The notes below the pieces were generated by a model. The model was given only the letters and a program-made list of their open reading frames with translations, had not been told where the DNA came from and did no database searches. A stretch of DNA of 64,000 nucleotides from a bacterium (GTDB taxonomy: Bacteria; UBA8248): positions 1,152,001 to 1,216,000 of the forward strand of contig OZ253442.1 of the NCBI GenBank assembly GCA_965261085.1, read 5' to 3'. Made by a program: the position numbers and the translations under genes. How positions within the stretch are numbered: position 1 is the stretch's first letter; the number at the start of each line of letters is the position of its first letter. Below, piece by piece: positions 1 through 10,421 of the stretch.

Positions 1-34
1 CAGTTCGTTATGGCGAGTCGTCAAGGAGAACAAG

Positions 35-814
35 ATGTCGGAGACCCGGATAGAGTGGACGGATGCAACCTGGAATCCCGTGGTGGGATGCTCCGTTCTG
101 ACAACCGGCTGCACCAATTGTTATGCCATGGCAATGGCGAAGCGCCTGGAGGCCATGGGGGTCGAGAAATATGCGGGACTGACTCGCCGAAGCGGCAAAC
201 GCACCGTGTGGAACGGAGTCGTAAAAGAGGATAAAAGAGCGCTTTCTTTGCCTCATACGTGGAAGAAGCCGCGCAAGATATTCGTGAATTCGATGAGCGA
301 TCTCTTTCATGAACGTGTCAGCGATTCTTTCATAATGGATGTTTGGCAGGTCATGCGCGACACGCCTCGCCACAACTATCAAATTCTGACGAAACGCCCC
401 GAACGCATGTCCGAAATGGTCTCGGGTAAAGTGGGGGCGATTCTTCCCAACGTGTGGCTCGGAACAAGCGTCGAGGACAGGGATACCATCGGGCGTCTGG
501 ATCATCTACGCCGTACGCCTGCCGCGATCCGCTTCGTCTCCTTTGAACCGCTGATCGGTTCAATCGGCAGCGTTGATCTGGCAGGGATTCACTGGGCCAT
601 CGTCGGCGGCGAAAGCGGAAGGGATGCGCGGCCTATCCGGGAAGAATGGATCGATGAAATACACATTCAATGCGTCCGACAGCGGACAGCTTTCTTCTTC
701 AAACAGTGGGGTACTTGGAGCATGGACAACAAGCGCCGCTCAAAATCGGCGAACGGTCGCGAATACCGTGGAAGGACTTGGGACGAGATGCCGACAGCAC
801 CGACCCCGATATAG
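35..814 (+). CDS. DUF5131 family protein (phage Gp37/Gp68-like, three-Cys motif)
   Basis: IEWTDATWNPVVGC..GC.NCYA, IFVNSMSDLFHE, QILTKRPER, WAIVGGESG and FFFKQWG motifs; GGAG upstream. Confidence 0.93.
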   Translation: MSETRIEWTDATWNPVVGCSVLTTGCTNCYAMAMAKRLEAMGVEKYAGLTRRSGKRTVWNGVVKEDKRALSLPHTWKKPRKIFVNSMSDLFHERVSDSFIMDVWQVMRDTPRHNYQILTKRPERMSEMVSGKVGAILPNVWLGTSVEDRDTIGRLDHLRRTPAAIRFVSFEPLIGSIGSVDLAGIHWAIVGGESGRDARPIREEWIDEIHIQCVRQRTAFFFKQWGTWSMDNKRRSKSANGREYRGRTWDEMPTAPTPI

Positions 815-843
815 GCTCCTTGCGAGATAGGGATAGAAATTAG

Positions 844-975
844 ATGGTGCAGAAACTTTATGACTGGGCAAACGGCGCCACTCTTGAAGATCACTCGCGT
901 CGCCAGCACAAGATTCTGCGATAATATTTATTTAACTTCCTGGAGGTTCGCTGTCAGCTCCCTCTGCTAAATTAG
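844..975 (+). pseudogene. tcmP: 5' remnant of three-Cys-motif partner protein (TcmP-like)
   Basis: MVQKLYDWANGATLEDHSRRQHKILR*YLFNFLEVRCQLP resembles TcmP N-termini; in-frame TAA at 922-924; truncated where low-GC DNA begins; usual neighbour of DUF5131. Confidence 0.65.
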
Positions 976-1198
976 ATTTGGTTTTTTACTGAATGAAGCT
1001 TTCACTATTGAAAATATTTTGATTCAAATTTAGGGAACTGCTTATATATCTAGGCACGGGCCGATTTCCTAGTTGGTTTCATTGTTCAAATTTCCTAAGA
1101 AGTGCCAGCAGAAACGGTGACATCCCATATCTTCACAATATAAAGAATGTATCGTATATAATGTTCCTCAAGTTGGCAAAAATGGAGGGCATGTCTGT

Positions 1199-3187
1199 AT
1201 GAGTAATGTTAATATTGGTAGATTGGTAGATAATATATCTCACAAAAGAACTAATATTTACACGCCAGTAGTAGAGTTGATCGTCAATGCAATACAGGCA
1301 ATTGAAGAATTGAGGCAATCGAATGGGATAATTTCGGTTCGCGTCTTGCGAAATACGCAACAGACTGAAATGTTCGATGGCCGTGGCGATATAGTTGGTT
1401 TTGAAGTGAAAGATAATGGAGTTGGGTTTACTGATGAACATCTAGAATCATTCGACACCCTTTACACAGAGAAAAGAAGTCTTAAAGGTGGCAAGGGATT
1501 TGGACGTTTTACCTGCCTGAAATACTTTGATCGACTTCACGTTGAGAGTGTTTATCGCAATGGTGATGAATTTCGAAAAAGAAATTTCCAGATGGGCAAA
1601 GAACGTGACATCATTGTCGATATAGATACTACCAGAAGCGAAATAGAAGAATCTGGGACGATTGTCAGGTTAATCAAACCTAAGCAAGTGACCAAATTTG
1701 AAAAAACACTCGAAAGTTTGGCTAAAAATATCACAGAACGAATACTGCCTTATTTAATCACAGAAGAATACGAGTGCCCAAAAATTATTTTATCTGAATA
1801 TGATGGTAGTGATGAAAAAATCCTAAACGAAATATCTGGTTCAATAAAAGAGATTCCGTTGAATCTAAACACATTTGAATTACAGGATGTTCAGCAAGAA
1901 CAACAAAAATTTCATGTTCGTTTGTTTAAGATATATTCTCCCGGAACCCAACGAAATAAAATTAGTCTCATTGCTCACAAACGCGATGTCATTGGGTCTT
2001 GGCTTTCAAGTCATATTTCTGAATTTGAAGAAGCATTCTTTGATGAAGGGCACATCAATGAATATGGGCATAAATTTATCATCAAAGCTCATGTGTTGGG
2101 AGATTACCTCGACCGCCATGTATCACTAGAGCGTGGGGGATTTGAGTTTCCTCCATCTGGTAATTTGCTTCTTGGTATAACCGAAGAAATAATAGAGAAG
2201 GAAGTCGCTAGGATCACCGAAGCGGCGGTTGGCAATGAGATCAAGTCAAGAAAAGAGGACAAGAGAAAACGTGTTCAAAATCACATTGATGAAAATTCTC
2301 CATGGCTTAAACGAATCTTAAAAGATATTGACCTTGGAGATTTGTCATTTCGTCCAACCCCAGAACAAATTGAAGAATTTTTATACAAACAAAAACTCAA
2401 GGAAGAATTAAAAGTTTAAAACGAAGTAAAAAAAATCTTGGATGATACAGACCCGAATAATTTGCAGGAAAAGGCAAATGATATTGCAGGAAAGGTCTTG
2501 GACACTAGCAAGGATGAATTAGCTCACTATATTGCGCTCAGAAAAAGTGCACTCGATCTGCTGGATAAAAGTCTAGGGATAGATGATGCTGGAAATTACT
2601 CCTCCGAGAAAGTGGTTCATGACATTATATTTCCTCAAAAGGGAGATTCCGAAGAGACACATTTTGAAGCTCAAAATCTTTGGATTCTGGATGAACGCTT
2701 AAACTTCACCGAGTATGTGAGTTCAGATAAACCTCTTAGCGCAGGGAATCGTTCTCGGCCAGATATTTTGGTTTACGGAAAAAAGGTACTGTTTCGTGAG
2801 GGGGACGAGCCAAGTAACCCTGTTACGATATTTGAGTTCAAAAAACCTAATAGAAGTGACTTTAAAACCGATCGTGACAATCCGATCGATCAACTATTGG
2901 ATTATGTGGACGATATCAAGAAGGGTCGTTGCAAAACTCCAAAAGGTCGAACTGTTCATGTGATGCCAAACACTCCATTTTATGGCTTCCTGGTGTGCGA
3001 TGTATCGAAGGATATTAGTGACTGGCTAAAAAGTCGGCATGACTTTAAACCGTTTCCCGACGGGATGGGTTGGTTTCGTTGGTGGGAAAATATAAATCTT
3101 TATTATGAGGTTATCAGATGGGACAAATTACTCAAAGATGCCACGATGCGAAACAAGATTTTCTTTAAAAAGTTAGGGATTGTCTAA
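1199..3187 (+). pseudogene. GHKL (HATPase_c) ATPase fused to C-terminal PD-(D/E)xK nuclease, interrupted by one TAA at 2417-2419
   Basis: ELIVNAIQA, DNGVG and GGKGFGR GHKL motifs; ORF 2438..3187 is in the same frame and has RPDIL...IFEFKKP; low GC. Confidence 0.85.
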
Positions 3188-3312
3188 TATTCGAGGCGTC
3201 GAAGTTCAGAACAATTGGCATCAGAGAGTTTTTTGGCCTCAGGCTACGCGCCACTTAAAACAATAGACTTTGGAAACTGGATGAATTAGGAGTGAAAAAA
3301 GCTTTTAGGAAG

Positions 3313-3400
3313 TGCATACGGAGAGACTCGAACTCTCACGGCTGCCTGTACAGCCACAGGATTTGGAGTCCAGTGTGTTTACCAATTCCACCACGAATGC
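3313..3400 (-). tRNA. tRNA with Leu-type body (long variable arm, A73) and CCA (Trp) anticodon; possibly a pseudo-tRNA
   Basis: GCATTCG/CGTATGC acceptor, TGGTGGAATTGGTAAACAC D-arm, CTGGA-CTCCAAA-TCCTG anticodon arm, GGCTGT-ACAG-GCAGCC variable arm, GAGAG-TTCGAGT-CTCTC T-arm; two T.T mismatches; no encoded 3' CCA. Confidence 0.8.
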
Positions 3401-3409
3401 GATTTTACG

Positions 3410-3447
3410 CTGCCCCTCATGAATATTTCTAGATTTGAGAGGGGCAG
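3410..3447. other. GC-rich hairpin next to the tRNA 5' end
   Basis: CTGCCCCTC (3410-3418) / GAGGGGCAG (3439-3447). Confidence 0.45.
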
Positions 3448-3506
3448 TGCTTGATAGAAGCTAAGGAGGCTCATCAAATGTCAATTCTTGAAAAGGAGAG
3501 AAAGTA

Positions 3507-3689
3507 ATGCACCAAAATGATGCGTTCTTAATGGGCGAAAACTTATACACAACTCCATATTTCGACGAAGGCCGGATTACTTTGATGATCGTCGGTGATG
3601 ACAAAGAAGGAAAATCCATAGACCTCAATAGAGAACAGGCCGAAAGGGTTAAGCTAGCTCTGGAAACATTCCTTCATTTTTCAAAATAA
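3507..3689 (+). CDS. small hypothetical protein (60 aa)
   Basis: AAGGAG upstream, protein-like composition. Confidence 0.5.
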   Translation: MHQNDAFLMGENLYTTPYFDEGRITLMIVGDDKEGKSIDLNREQAERVKLALETFLHFSK

Positions 3690-3884
3690 AGAGACGATGA
3701 CTGTTCGCTCTCGATAACAAACGAACCCGGAGAGTAAAGTGGAATTGTGCAACCCGGCATGGTGGAATGATGTTATCATCGGAGTTCTAATGGTCATTGT
3801 GACTACCTTTCTAGCATTTGCGACCTTAAGCCGGATCAATTATGTTTGTCCAAGATCTCGATCTGCCGCCACTCAGGTCCTGTC

Positions 3885-4048
3885 ATCACGGCCCGCACGA
3901 ACGTTTACACACAGGTAACCGACACAGACCCACCAAGCTGCGCAGGAATTTGAATTCGTTCGCTTTCGTTTTGATTACATCTTCCAGAAATCGAACCTCA
4001 ATCAAAATTCTAAAAAACCAATTTCTTCAATAGTTTCAAGAAGCTACA
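3885..4048 (+). repeat. recombination-like site, copy A (diverged)
   Basis: TGCGCAG-N15-CGCTTTCGTTTTGATTAC (3939-3978) shared with 40744 and 61407; preceded by ATCAC-N9-GAACGTTTACAC. Confidence 0.7.
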
Positions 4049-4146
4049 AAGATTCCAAAACCGTTGGTAATCCCCCGCCGTCTGAAAGCGGGCGAATTAC
4101 GGGAAGAAGTGAACTCTGCGGTTCACACCATCATGACGCCTGAGCC

Positions 4147-4170
4147 TCACACCCGGCGCATCGGTGATGC
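4147..4170 (-). other. putative MOBF oriT nic site
   Basis: minus strand GCATC-ACC-GATGC hairpin overlapping TGCG-CCGG-GTGT^GA, the same TGCG-N4-GT(G/C)T^ layout as F and R388 nic; upstream of an RHH gene; TGTATGCTA repeats at 4251 and 4293. Confidence 0.65.
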
Positions 4171-4406
4171 CCTGGCAACAGGGCGCGCACTTGTCAGGCA
4201 GCCTCTTGCGTAAACGGCGCCTGAAGAAGGCACGGTATTGTTGGAGAAAGTGTATGCTATCAGCATACGGTGGATATAGGCTATTTCCTGCATGTATGCT
4301 ACGAGCACACAAGAGAATCGGCGCTCCGGGCGGTCGGAGTTGTTCCGTAAATGCATCGGCTCTGACGACGTCCGGGCCAAAAACTAGAGCTATTGGAGAC
4401 AATACC

Positions 4407-4778
4407 ATGACCGAAAACCATTCCGCCGCCGCCGATTCCGGCGAGAAACCTGCCGAATCGCGCTCGCCGCGATCAATCCGGTTTTCCGATTTCGAGTGGG
4501 CGTGCATCGAACAGGAGGCCGCAGAGCGCGGAATGACGGCCGCCGAGCTCGTGCGCCATGCCGCGGCGGGTTTCGCTACGGGCAAGCTGACCGCAAGTTC
4601 TTCAGCGTTCCCGCCCGGGATTGCAGCCCAGTTCGAGCGCATCTATCGCGGCGTCTACCTTCTTTCGACGCTCAAACGCGATGAAATGGTCCGGGAAGGA
4701 CGCCGGGAAGAGCTCGATCGGATCGGGAAGGACGCCCGTGAATCGCAGGCCGCGATCCTGAAGGGCGTTTCAGAATGA
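4407..4778 (+). CDS. ribbon-helix-helix protein, probable relaxosome accessory factor
   Basis: RSIRFSDFEWACIEQEAAERGMTAAELVRHA RHH pattern; GGAG RBS; next to putative oriT. Confidence 0.7.
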   Translation: MTENHSAAADSGEKPAESRSPRSIRFSDFEWACIEQEAAERGMTAAELVRHAAAGFATGKLTASSSAFPPGIAAQFERIYRGVYLLSTLKRDEMVREGRREELDRIGKDARESQAAILKGVSE

Positions 4779-5466
4779 ACCCGGTCCACCCGCACCGGAG
4801 GAGCCTGCGCCTGTGCGCAGACACCCTACTCGGGGCCGTTTCGGGCAAGCGGGGATGATCGAGGCAGCGTCTCCGGGCTGCCGGAGCCGCTTTCAAACGA
4901 CCTCGTTTCCGGCGGCGCGGCGAAAACTTCCCGCTATCCGGCCCGGAAAAGACGGGAAGACCCGTTCAGGGTGGAAGGCGCTTGCAAGGAACGAGGGTGC
5001 GCGAAAGGTCTCTTCGACTTATCGCCAATCGATCCGTCCGGTCTTGAAGACTCGAACCTCCCGTCCATCAGCTCCATGGCGCAGAGATTCCGTATGATCG
5101 CGCATATCATGAAAATCACCGGATTCATTTGTCCATGAACAGCCACAAATGGCTATTCACCGAGGCCGTCAGGATGTTTTTGTCGAGATTCCATTTCTCC
5201 AGGAAGCCGCATTGTCTCGTGTCCAATTCAAATGTTCAAAACTCATTTTATGATGTAAAGCGCCTCGGAGCACGAAAAAGCGCAAGCGGGTGAACCAAAA
5301 ACGTGAAAAAACGTGAGTGAACTTCGAGAGACAAGGCATCAAGCCGAGAAGGCTGCGCGGCGCCGATTCCGCCTGGAACCGCATAGTTTCCGGGACGTTC
5401 GCCCAAGTGGTCATCCGGCTTCGCCCGGTCTGCTCGCCCCTGCCTGCCCCTGACCAGAGCAGACAA

Positions 5467-8328
5467 TCATAAACCGAGATCCCGCTCGACTGGTTTCTCG
5501 CGCACCGGTCCGGCCTCGCGGTCCGCGGCCCGGGCCGCTTTCGCATCGACTTCCGGACCCTTCGCCGGCGCTTCCCGCGCGACCTGCCCGGTCCCCTCGA
5601 GCGCCGAGACCCGCTCGCCCGTGGCCGCCTCGAGCCTCTCGCGCAGCGCCCCGGCGTCGTCGGTCACGAGTTCCGCCCGGTCCCGGGCGCGGCTGATCTC
5701 CACGTAGAGCGTCTTCTGGTTGGTGAGGTTGGGGTGGTTGGCCTCCATCGCGGCGATGACGGTATCCACGGTCCGGCCCTGGAAGGCATGCACCGTGGAA
5801 GCCCAGGCGCGGTCGATATGCCGCAGTTGGGGGTCGCCGGCGGTCATGTCGAGCCTTCGCCCGTCCTCGAGACGGAAGCCCACGCGACCGTCTTTCACGG
5901 CCGCTACCTCGGCGGTCTGGCTGTTCACCAGGCCGAGGTCCTTATCGTTGCGGGTCCAGCGGACCCGGTCGCCCTGTTGCAACTCCATCTGCTCGACCCG
6001 GTAGACCTCGACCCCGCCGCTCCTCGCCGCGATCCGTCCCGGCTCCCAGAGTACCGATCGCCCCTCTTTGCCTTCGAGCCTGACCGTGCGCGTCTCGTGA
6101 TCGACCCCGGCGACGCGGAGTTCGTCGCCCTTCTCTACGTCGAGACGCTTGTAGGGGCGGTGGAAGGCCACCACGTCACCGGGCGCGTAGTTCGCCGCGA
6201 GCGACTTCTCGGCGCGGGTGTAGCCGCGCGAGACGAGGCGTTCGGACTTCATGGCCGGGCCATGGACGACGCCGTCGCGGATAAGCCGCTCGCGGACGAT
6301 GGCGTTTATCTTTTCGCGGATCCTGTGGCTCGGCGCCATCAGCCCCGCCTGGGCGCGCGCTTCCGGCGAGAGCGCGAGCCAGCGCGCGGCGGCCGCGCCC
6401 GCGAGGTTGTCCGGCTTGACTTCGGCGACGTTGGAGCCGAGCTTCTCGAAGGCGCGTTTCACGTCGCCTGACAGGCTCGCCTCGACGGCTGCTTTCAAGT
6501 CCGGGTCGCGCTGGCGCATGATCTCGTCCATGGTCGCCGTCTTCATGCCCGCCGACTGCAACTGCGCGAAGGGCTTGCCCGCGTCCACCGCGTCCAACTG
6601 TTTCGCATCGCCGACCAGCACCAGGCGCGGAAGGCGCAAGGTATTGGCGACCCTGAGGAGGTCGCGGGCCTGCACCGTGGAGGCGAGAGAACCCTCGTCC
6701 ACCACGAGCACGGTCTTGCGGAACGCCGCGCGCATCTCCTTCTCGCCCTTCCTGGTCAGCCGGCCCTGGGCCAGCCCAGAGTTTCTCGCGAGGAAGCGCT
6801 GCAGCGTCTCGCTCTTTATCCCGGCCTCGGCTTCCAAGGTCCGAGCGGCCGAGGCCGAGGGCGCGAGACCCTTGACCTCGTAGCCGCGTTTTTCCAGAAG
6901 GGCGCGGGCGCGGTCCAGCATGGTGGTCTTGCCGGTACCGGCATAGCCCTGCACGCCGACGACGCGGTCATATTCCGAGAGGATGAGCCGGACGGCGTCC
7001 TTCTGTCCCGCCGTGAGCGGCCCCTTGTGCAGATGCGCGCTCACCATCCAGCTCCGCATGGGCGCCCGGCCACGGTTCTCACCACCGCGCATGAGCGCAA
7101 TGGTCTCGCGTTCGTCGGCGAGCGCCTTCTCCGTGGTCATGCCGTCGCCGCCTTCGAGAGCGGGAGCGGCGTGGAGCCGGCCTTCCTTGCGCAGGTCCTC
7201 GACGGCCCGTTCGGCGGCATCGGCGGTGACCGCGCCGGGGGACCAGGCGAGCGCCCCCGCGAGAAGATCGGCGCGGGCGAACACCGCCTCGCGCTCGGCG
7301 AGATGGGCCACCGCCCATTCCACCGCTTCGGCCGCCGGCTCCTTCGTTGCCGGTTCCCGCCGCGACGGGTCGACATCCCGCACGGAAGCGTTCTCCCGGC
7401 CGGCGGCCCTGGACATCGCCTCGGCGGCGAGCGCCCGCGCGTCGAACCCCAGCCCGTCGGCCTGTTTCTCCCAGACGTTCCTGAGGGCCGTCTTGTCCAC
7501 GTCGCGTTTGTGGACCCGGGTCATGAGCGCCGCGCGTTCGGCCAGGCGCGGGTTCCCCGCCGTCTCCCCGAGACCCCGTTCGGCCACCGCCGCCTCGATC
7601 TCCGCGCGCCGGGTCGAGAACGCCTCGATCACAGAGCGGGAAACGCCCGCGATCTCGAACCGCCCGTCGGCGTGGGTCTTCTCGGCGCGGTAGCCGAGCC
7701 CGCCCAACTCCCGCGCGAGTTCGCTCCGGTAGACCATGCCGATGAGCTTCTGGCGGCGGTAGAGCGCCTCGTTGGCCATGGTCCGCCACTTGCCGTCCGC
7801 GCCCTTTACCATGTTGGCGAGGACCGCGTGGGTGTGGAGCTGGGGGTCGAGGTTGCGCGAGGTGTCGTGCCGGAAGGTAGCTGCCACCGTCTTCTGCTCG
7901 CCCGTCCTGACCATGCGGCCCGTCCCGGGGTCGCGCATGCGGGTCTCGGCGGCGTTCCTCTCGACCCAGGCGAGGGTGCGCCCGACGGCGCGGTCGTGGG
8001 CCCGGGTTACGCGCGCATCGCCTCCCACGAGCGCTGCCAGAGAGACGGACTTGGGGGCCGAGAAGGTGAGGTCGCGCCCGGGCCGGTGGTGGATGCCGCC
8101 GTCCTTGCCGGGACGGCCCAGTTGCGGTCCACCCGGCACTTTGCCTTCCAGCACCGCCTTGAAGACGTCCGGGTCGACAGGACCCGATAGCCCCAAGTCC
8201 GCCGCACCCTTTCCGGCCCAGGCGCTCGCCTCCCTGTGCGCCGGGTCGTCTTTCGCGTAGTAGCCGTCCCGCTCGTAGTAGGAGGCGCCCTGCGCGGGAG
8301 CGGCGACGGCGCCGATCGATACGACCAT
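5467..8328 (-). CDS. trwC: MOBF conjugative relaxase-helicase (TrwC/TraI)
   Basis: YYERDGYY tyrosines, RPGRDLTFSAPKSVS, HDTSR..DPQLHTH, helicase GYAGTGKT and VVDEGS; TAATG overlap with traD stop. Confidence 0.95.
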   Translation of the reverse strand: MVVSIGAVAAPAQGASYYERDGYYAKDDPAHREASAWAGKGAADLGLSGPVDPDVFKAVLEGKVPGGPQLGRPGKDGGIHHRPGRDLTFSAPKSVSLAALVGGDARVTRAHDRAVGRTLAWVERNAAETRMRDPGTGRMVRTGEQKTVAATFRHDTSRNLDPQLHTHAVLANMVKGADGKWRTMANEALYRRQKLIGMVYRSELARELGGLGYRAEKTHADGRFEIAGVSRSVIEAFSTRRAEIEAAVAERGLGETAGNPRLAERAALMTRVHKRDVDKTALRNVWEKQADGLGFDARALAAEAMSRAAGRENASVRDVDPSRREPATKEPAAEAVEWAVAHLAEREAVFARADLLAGALAWSPGAVTADAAERAVEDLRKEGRLHAAPALEGGDGMTTEKALADERETIALMRGGENRGRAPMRSWMVSAHLHKGPLTAGQKDAVRLILSEYDRVVGVQGYAGTGKTTMLDRARALLEKRGYEVKGLAPSASAARTLEAEAGIKSETLQRFLARNSGLAQGRLTRKGEKEMRAAFRKTVLVVDEGSLASTVQARDLLRVANTLRLPRLVLVGDAKQLDAVDAGKPFAQLQSAGMKTATMDEIMRQRDPDLKAAVEASLSGDVKRAFEKLGSNVAEVKPDNLAGAAAARWLALSPEARAQAGLMAPSHRIREKINAIVRERLIRDGVVHGPAMKSERLVSRGYTRAEKSLAANYAPGDVVAFHRPYKRLDVEKGDELRVAGVDHETRTVRLEGKEGRSVLWEPGRIAARSGGVEVYRVEQMELQQGDRVRWTRNDKDLGLVNSQTAEVAAVKDGRVGFRLEDGRRLDMTAGDPQLRHIDRAWASTVHAFQGRTVDTVIAAMEANHPNLTNQKTLYVEISRARDRAELVTDDAGALRERLEAATGERVSALEGTGQVAREAPAKGPEVDAKAARAADREAGPVREKPVERDLGL

Positions 8329-10421
8329 TACAGCCAGTCGACCGGCCGGCGCGCCTCCGCGCCGCCGTCTACGGGTCCATCCGGATCGACCGCGGGGTCT
8401 TCCCGCTGTCCGTAAATGGCGGAATCCCGGCCGTCGGAACCAGCCGCCTCGACCTCGGGTATTTCCGCGCCTTCCGCCTCCACCGCGCGGCATTCGGCCG
8501 GGGCCGGCCCGGGTTCTCCCTGGGGTTCCGGTTCAGGCATCTCCCGGGCCCTTGTCGCCGTGTCACGCCCTCCGGGCGGTGCTCCGGGCGGTGCTCCGGG
8601 CAGTGCGGATGCCTCCACCTCTGCGTTTCCCGGGGTTTCCTGTGGCTCGGCCTCCGTGTCCTTCGCCTCGAGGGCCGGTATGTCGCCTCTCGGCACGAAG
8701 CTCTCGGCGGCTTTGGGCCTTTTCACGTAGGGAAGACTGATCCGGGCCACGGGCCAGGGACCGGGGAACTTGAGGTAGCCGCATAAATTCTCGAGGCGCA
8801 TGATCTCCGACGGCAGGGCCAGGGGGCGCATCTCGCGGCGCTGGGTGAGCGAGACCCCGTCCCGCATGGAACTCGCGCCGTAGCTCAAGCCCTGCGCGTA
8901 TTCCGTGACCTCGCCGCGTCCCAAGCTCTCGGCCGACCAGCGCGCCGTCTCCTGGTCGGGCGCCGCCAGCACCACCCGGGTGCCGCAGAGCCCCGACACG
9001 GTCTCGGCGCCGTTTCGGCCGTAGAGGTCGCGCAGGGCGGAGAACACCTGGATCCCGAGCACGAAGCACCCGCCGAACTGGCGCGATTCCGCGAGACCGG
9101 GCTGTAAGCTCGGCACCTGGTGTAAGGTGGGAAGTTCGTCGAGCACCACCCAGACCCTGCGCGCGTCGTCCCGGCCGAGGGAGAGGAGCGCGTTCACCGC
9201 GATCTCGAGCCAGGTGGAGATGAGACCTCTCAAGCTCGCGTGCTGGTCCCCGCGTGAGGTCAGGAACAGGAAGCCCGACTCGTCTTCGCGTTCCACCCAC
9301 TCTCTTATCGAGAAGGGTGCGCCCGTGTCGGGCAGGAACTCGAGCGCGCTCAAATGCGCGGTCAGCATGGCGCGCACCGAGAGAGCGGTCTTGGGGTTCT
9401 CCGGATCCACGATGGACTGGGCCACCGTGCCCTCCATGGCCTGGGCCAGGGCGGTGAGTTCGGTCTTGAGCAGGTGATCGACCAGCACCCGGTTCTCGGT
9501 CACGCCCTGTTTCCAGAGGACGCCCGCGCCGTTTGAGAACAGCTGCCTCGCGGCCGTGACCCAGAAGGGGTCCACCGTGTCCTTCTGCTGGGGGATAAGA
9601 GCGGCGGCCATCGTGTCGAAGTCCCGGGGCGTCCTCGCCTCGAAAAAAGGCGACCAGCGCGGCGCCCGGGCGTCCAGGGGGTTCATCAGAACGTCGCGGG
9701 CGGGGTCGTAGTATGCCCCCGTATAGCTCCCCATCTTGTCGTAGAGGATGCAGCGCTCCCCCCGGGCGCGGATCTGCGCGACCAGGTCCGAGATCAGGAC
9801 GGTCTTGCCCGAACCGGTGGTGCCCGAGACGATGGTGTGCTGGGTCTCGGCGCGCTTTGGCCAGGGTATCCCTGCGATGCGGCAAGACGCCCGTCGAGCG
9901 CTCGGGAAGAGGGCTTCCGCCAGGCGGGCGGAGGCGGGCTGTACGCGCCGTCTGAGCGCACCGGCGGATGTCATCTCCGCTCCCCGGACCCTCTGTGCGC
10001 GGGCCAGGCGCCGGCCCAGGAACCAGAAGGCGAGCGCGCAGAGGAGAATGCCGCCCAAGCCGATCCAGAGGCCCAGCCAGGCCTTTGCATGGATGGCGCC
10101 CAAGAGGCGCCTTTTGATCCGCTCGATCCGGGGGTCCGCCGCGATGAGGGCGATCCGCTCGCTCGTCCGCGCGCCTTCGCGCCACTCGTAGGCCTGGCGC
10201 GAATCTGGAGAATATCCCAGGCCGAGCTTGGCCTCGGCCAAGACACCCAGGCCTACGACCCGCCATTCATGGGCGCTCGTGGTGCGCCAGACCCCGATGA
10301 CGGGGACCAGAACGATCGTCAGGAGGAGTCCTAAAATCCCCCAGCGGACGAGCTGGCCCCACATATGGACGTCGTGCAAGAGGGTCTGGCCTCCCCTTAA
10401 GGTTGCGTTTCCGTACGTCAT
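8328..10421 (-). CDS. traD: type IV coupling protein TraD
   Basis: two N-terminal TM segments, GTTGSGKT, YDKMG, LDELPTL; directly upstream of relaxase. Confidence 0.95.
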   Translation of the reverse strand: MTYGNATLRGGQTLLHDVHMWGQLVRWGILGLLLTIVLVPVIGVWRTTSAHEWRVVGLGVLAEAKLGLGYSPDSRQAYEWREGARTSERIALIAADPRIERIKRRLLGAIHAKAWLGLWIGLGGILLCALAFWFLGRRLARAQRVRGAEMTSAGALRRRVQPASARLAEALFPSARRASCRIAGIPWPKRAETQHTIVSGTTGSGKTVLISDLVAQIRARGERCILYDKMGSYTGAYYDPARDVLMNPLDARAPRWSPFFEARTPRDFDTMAAALIPQQKDTVDPFWVTAARQLFSNGAGVLWKQGVTENRVLVDHLLKTELTALAQAMEGTVAQSIVDPENPKTALSVRAMLTAHLSALEFLPDTGAPFSIREWVEREDESGFLFLTSRGDQHASLRGLISTWLEIAVNALLSLGRDDARRVWVVLDELPTLHQVPSLQPGLAESRQFGGCFVLGIQVFSALRDLYGRNGAETVSGLCGTRVVLAAPDQETARWSAESLGRGEVTEYAQGLSYGASSMRDGVSLTQRREMRPLALPSEIMRLENLCGYLKFPGPWPVARISLPYVKRPKAAESFVPRGDIPALEAKDTEAEPQETPGNAEVEASALPGAPPGAPPGGRDTATRAREMPEPEPQGEPGPAPAECRAVEAEGAEIPEVEAAGSDGRDSAIYGQREDPAVDPDGPVDGGAEARRPVDWL

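Noticed and set aside
922-2419. TAA recoding or suppression by the odd tRNA
   Set aside because: CCA cannot read UAA, and TAA terminates many normal genes here
3313-3340. tRNA 3' end as ICE attachment site
   Set aside because: I found no duplicate of its 3' end in the window
3313-3400. tRNA-Sec (selC) to serve the UGA genes
   Set aside because: Anticodon is CCA not TCA; 7-bp acceptor stem and Leu-type D-arm
4397-4406. GTATTGTCT match to the R388 nic sequence
   Set aside because: Overlaps the RBS and lacks the TGCG hairpin; 4147-4170 fits better
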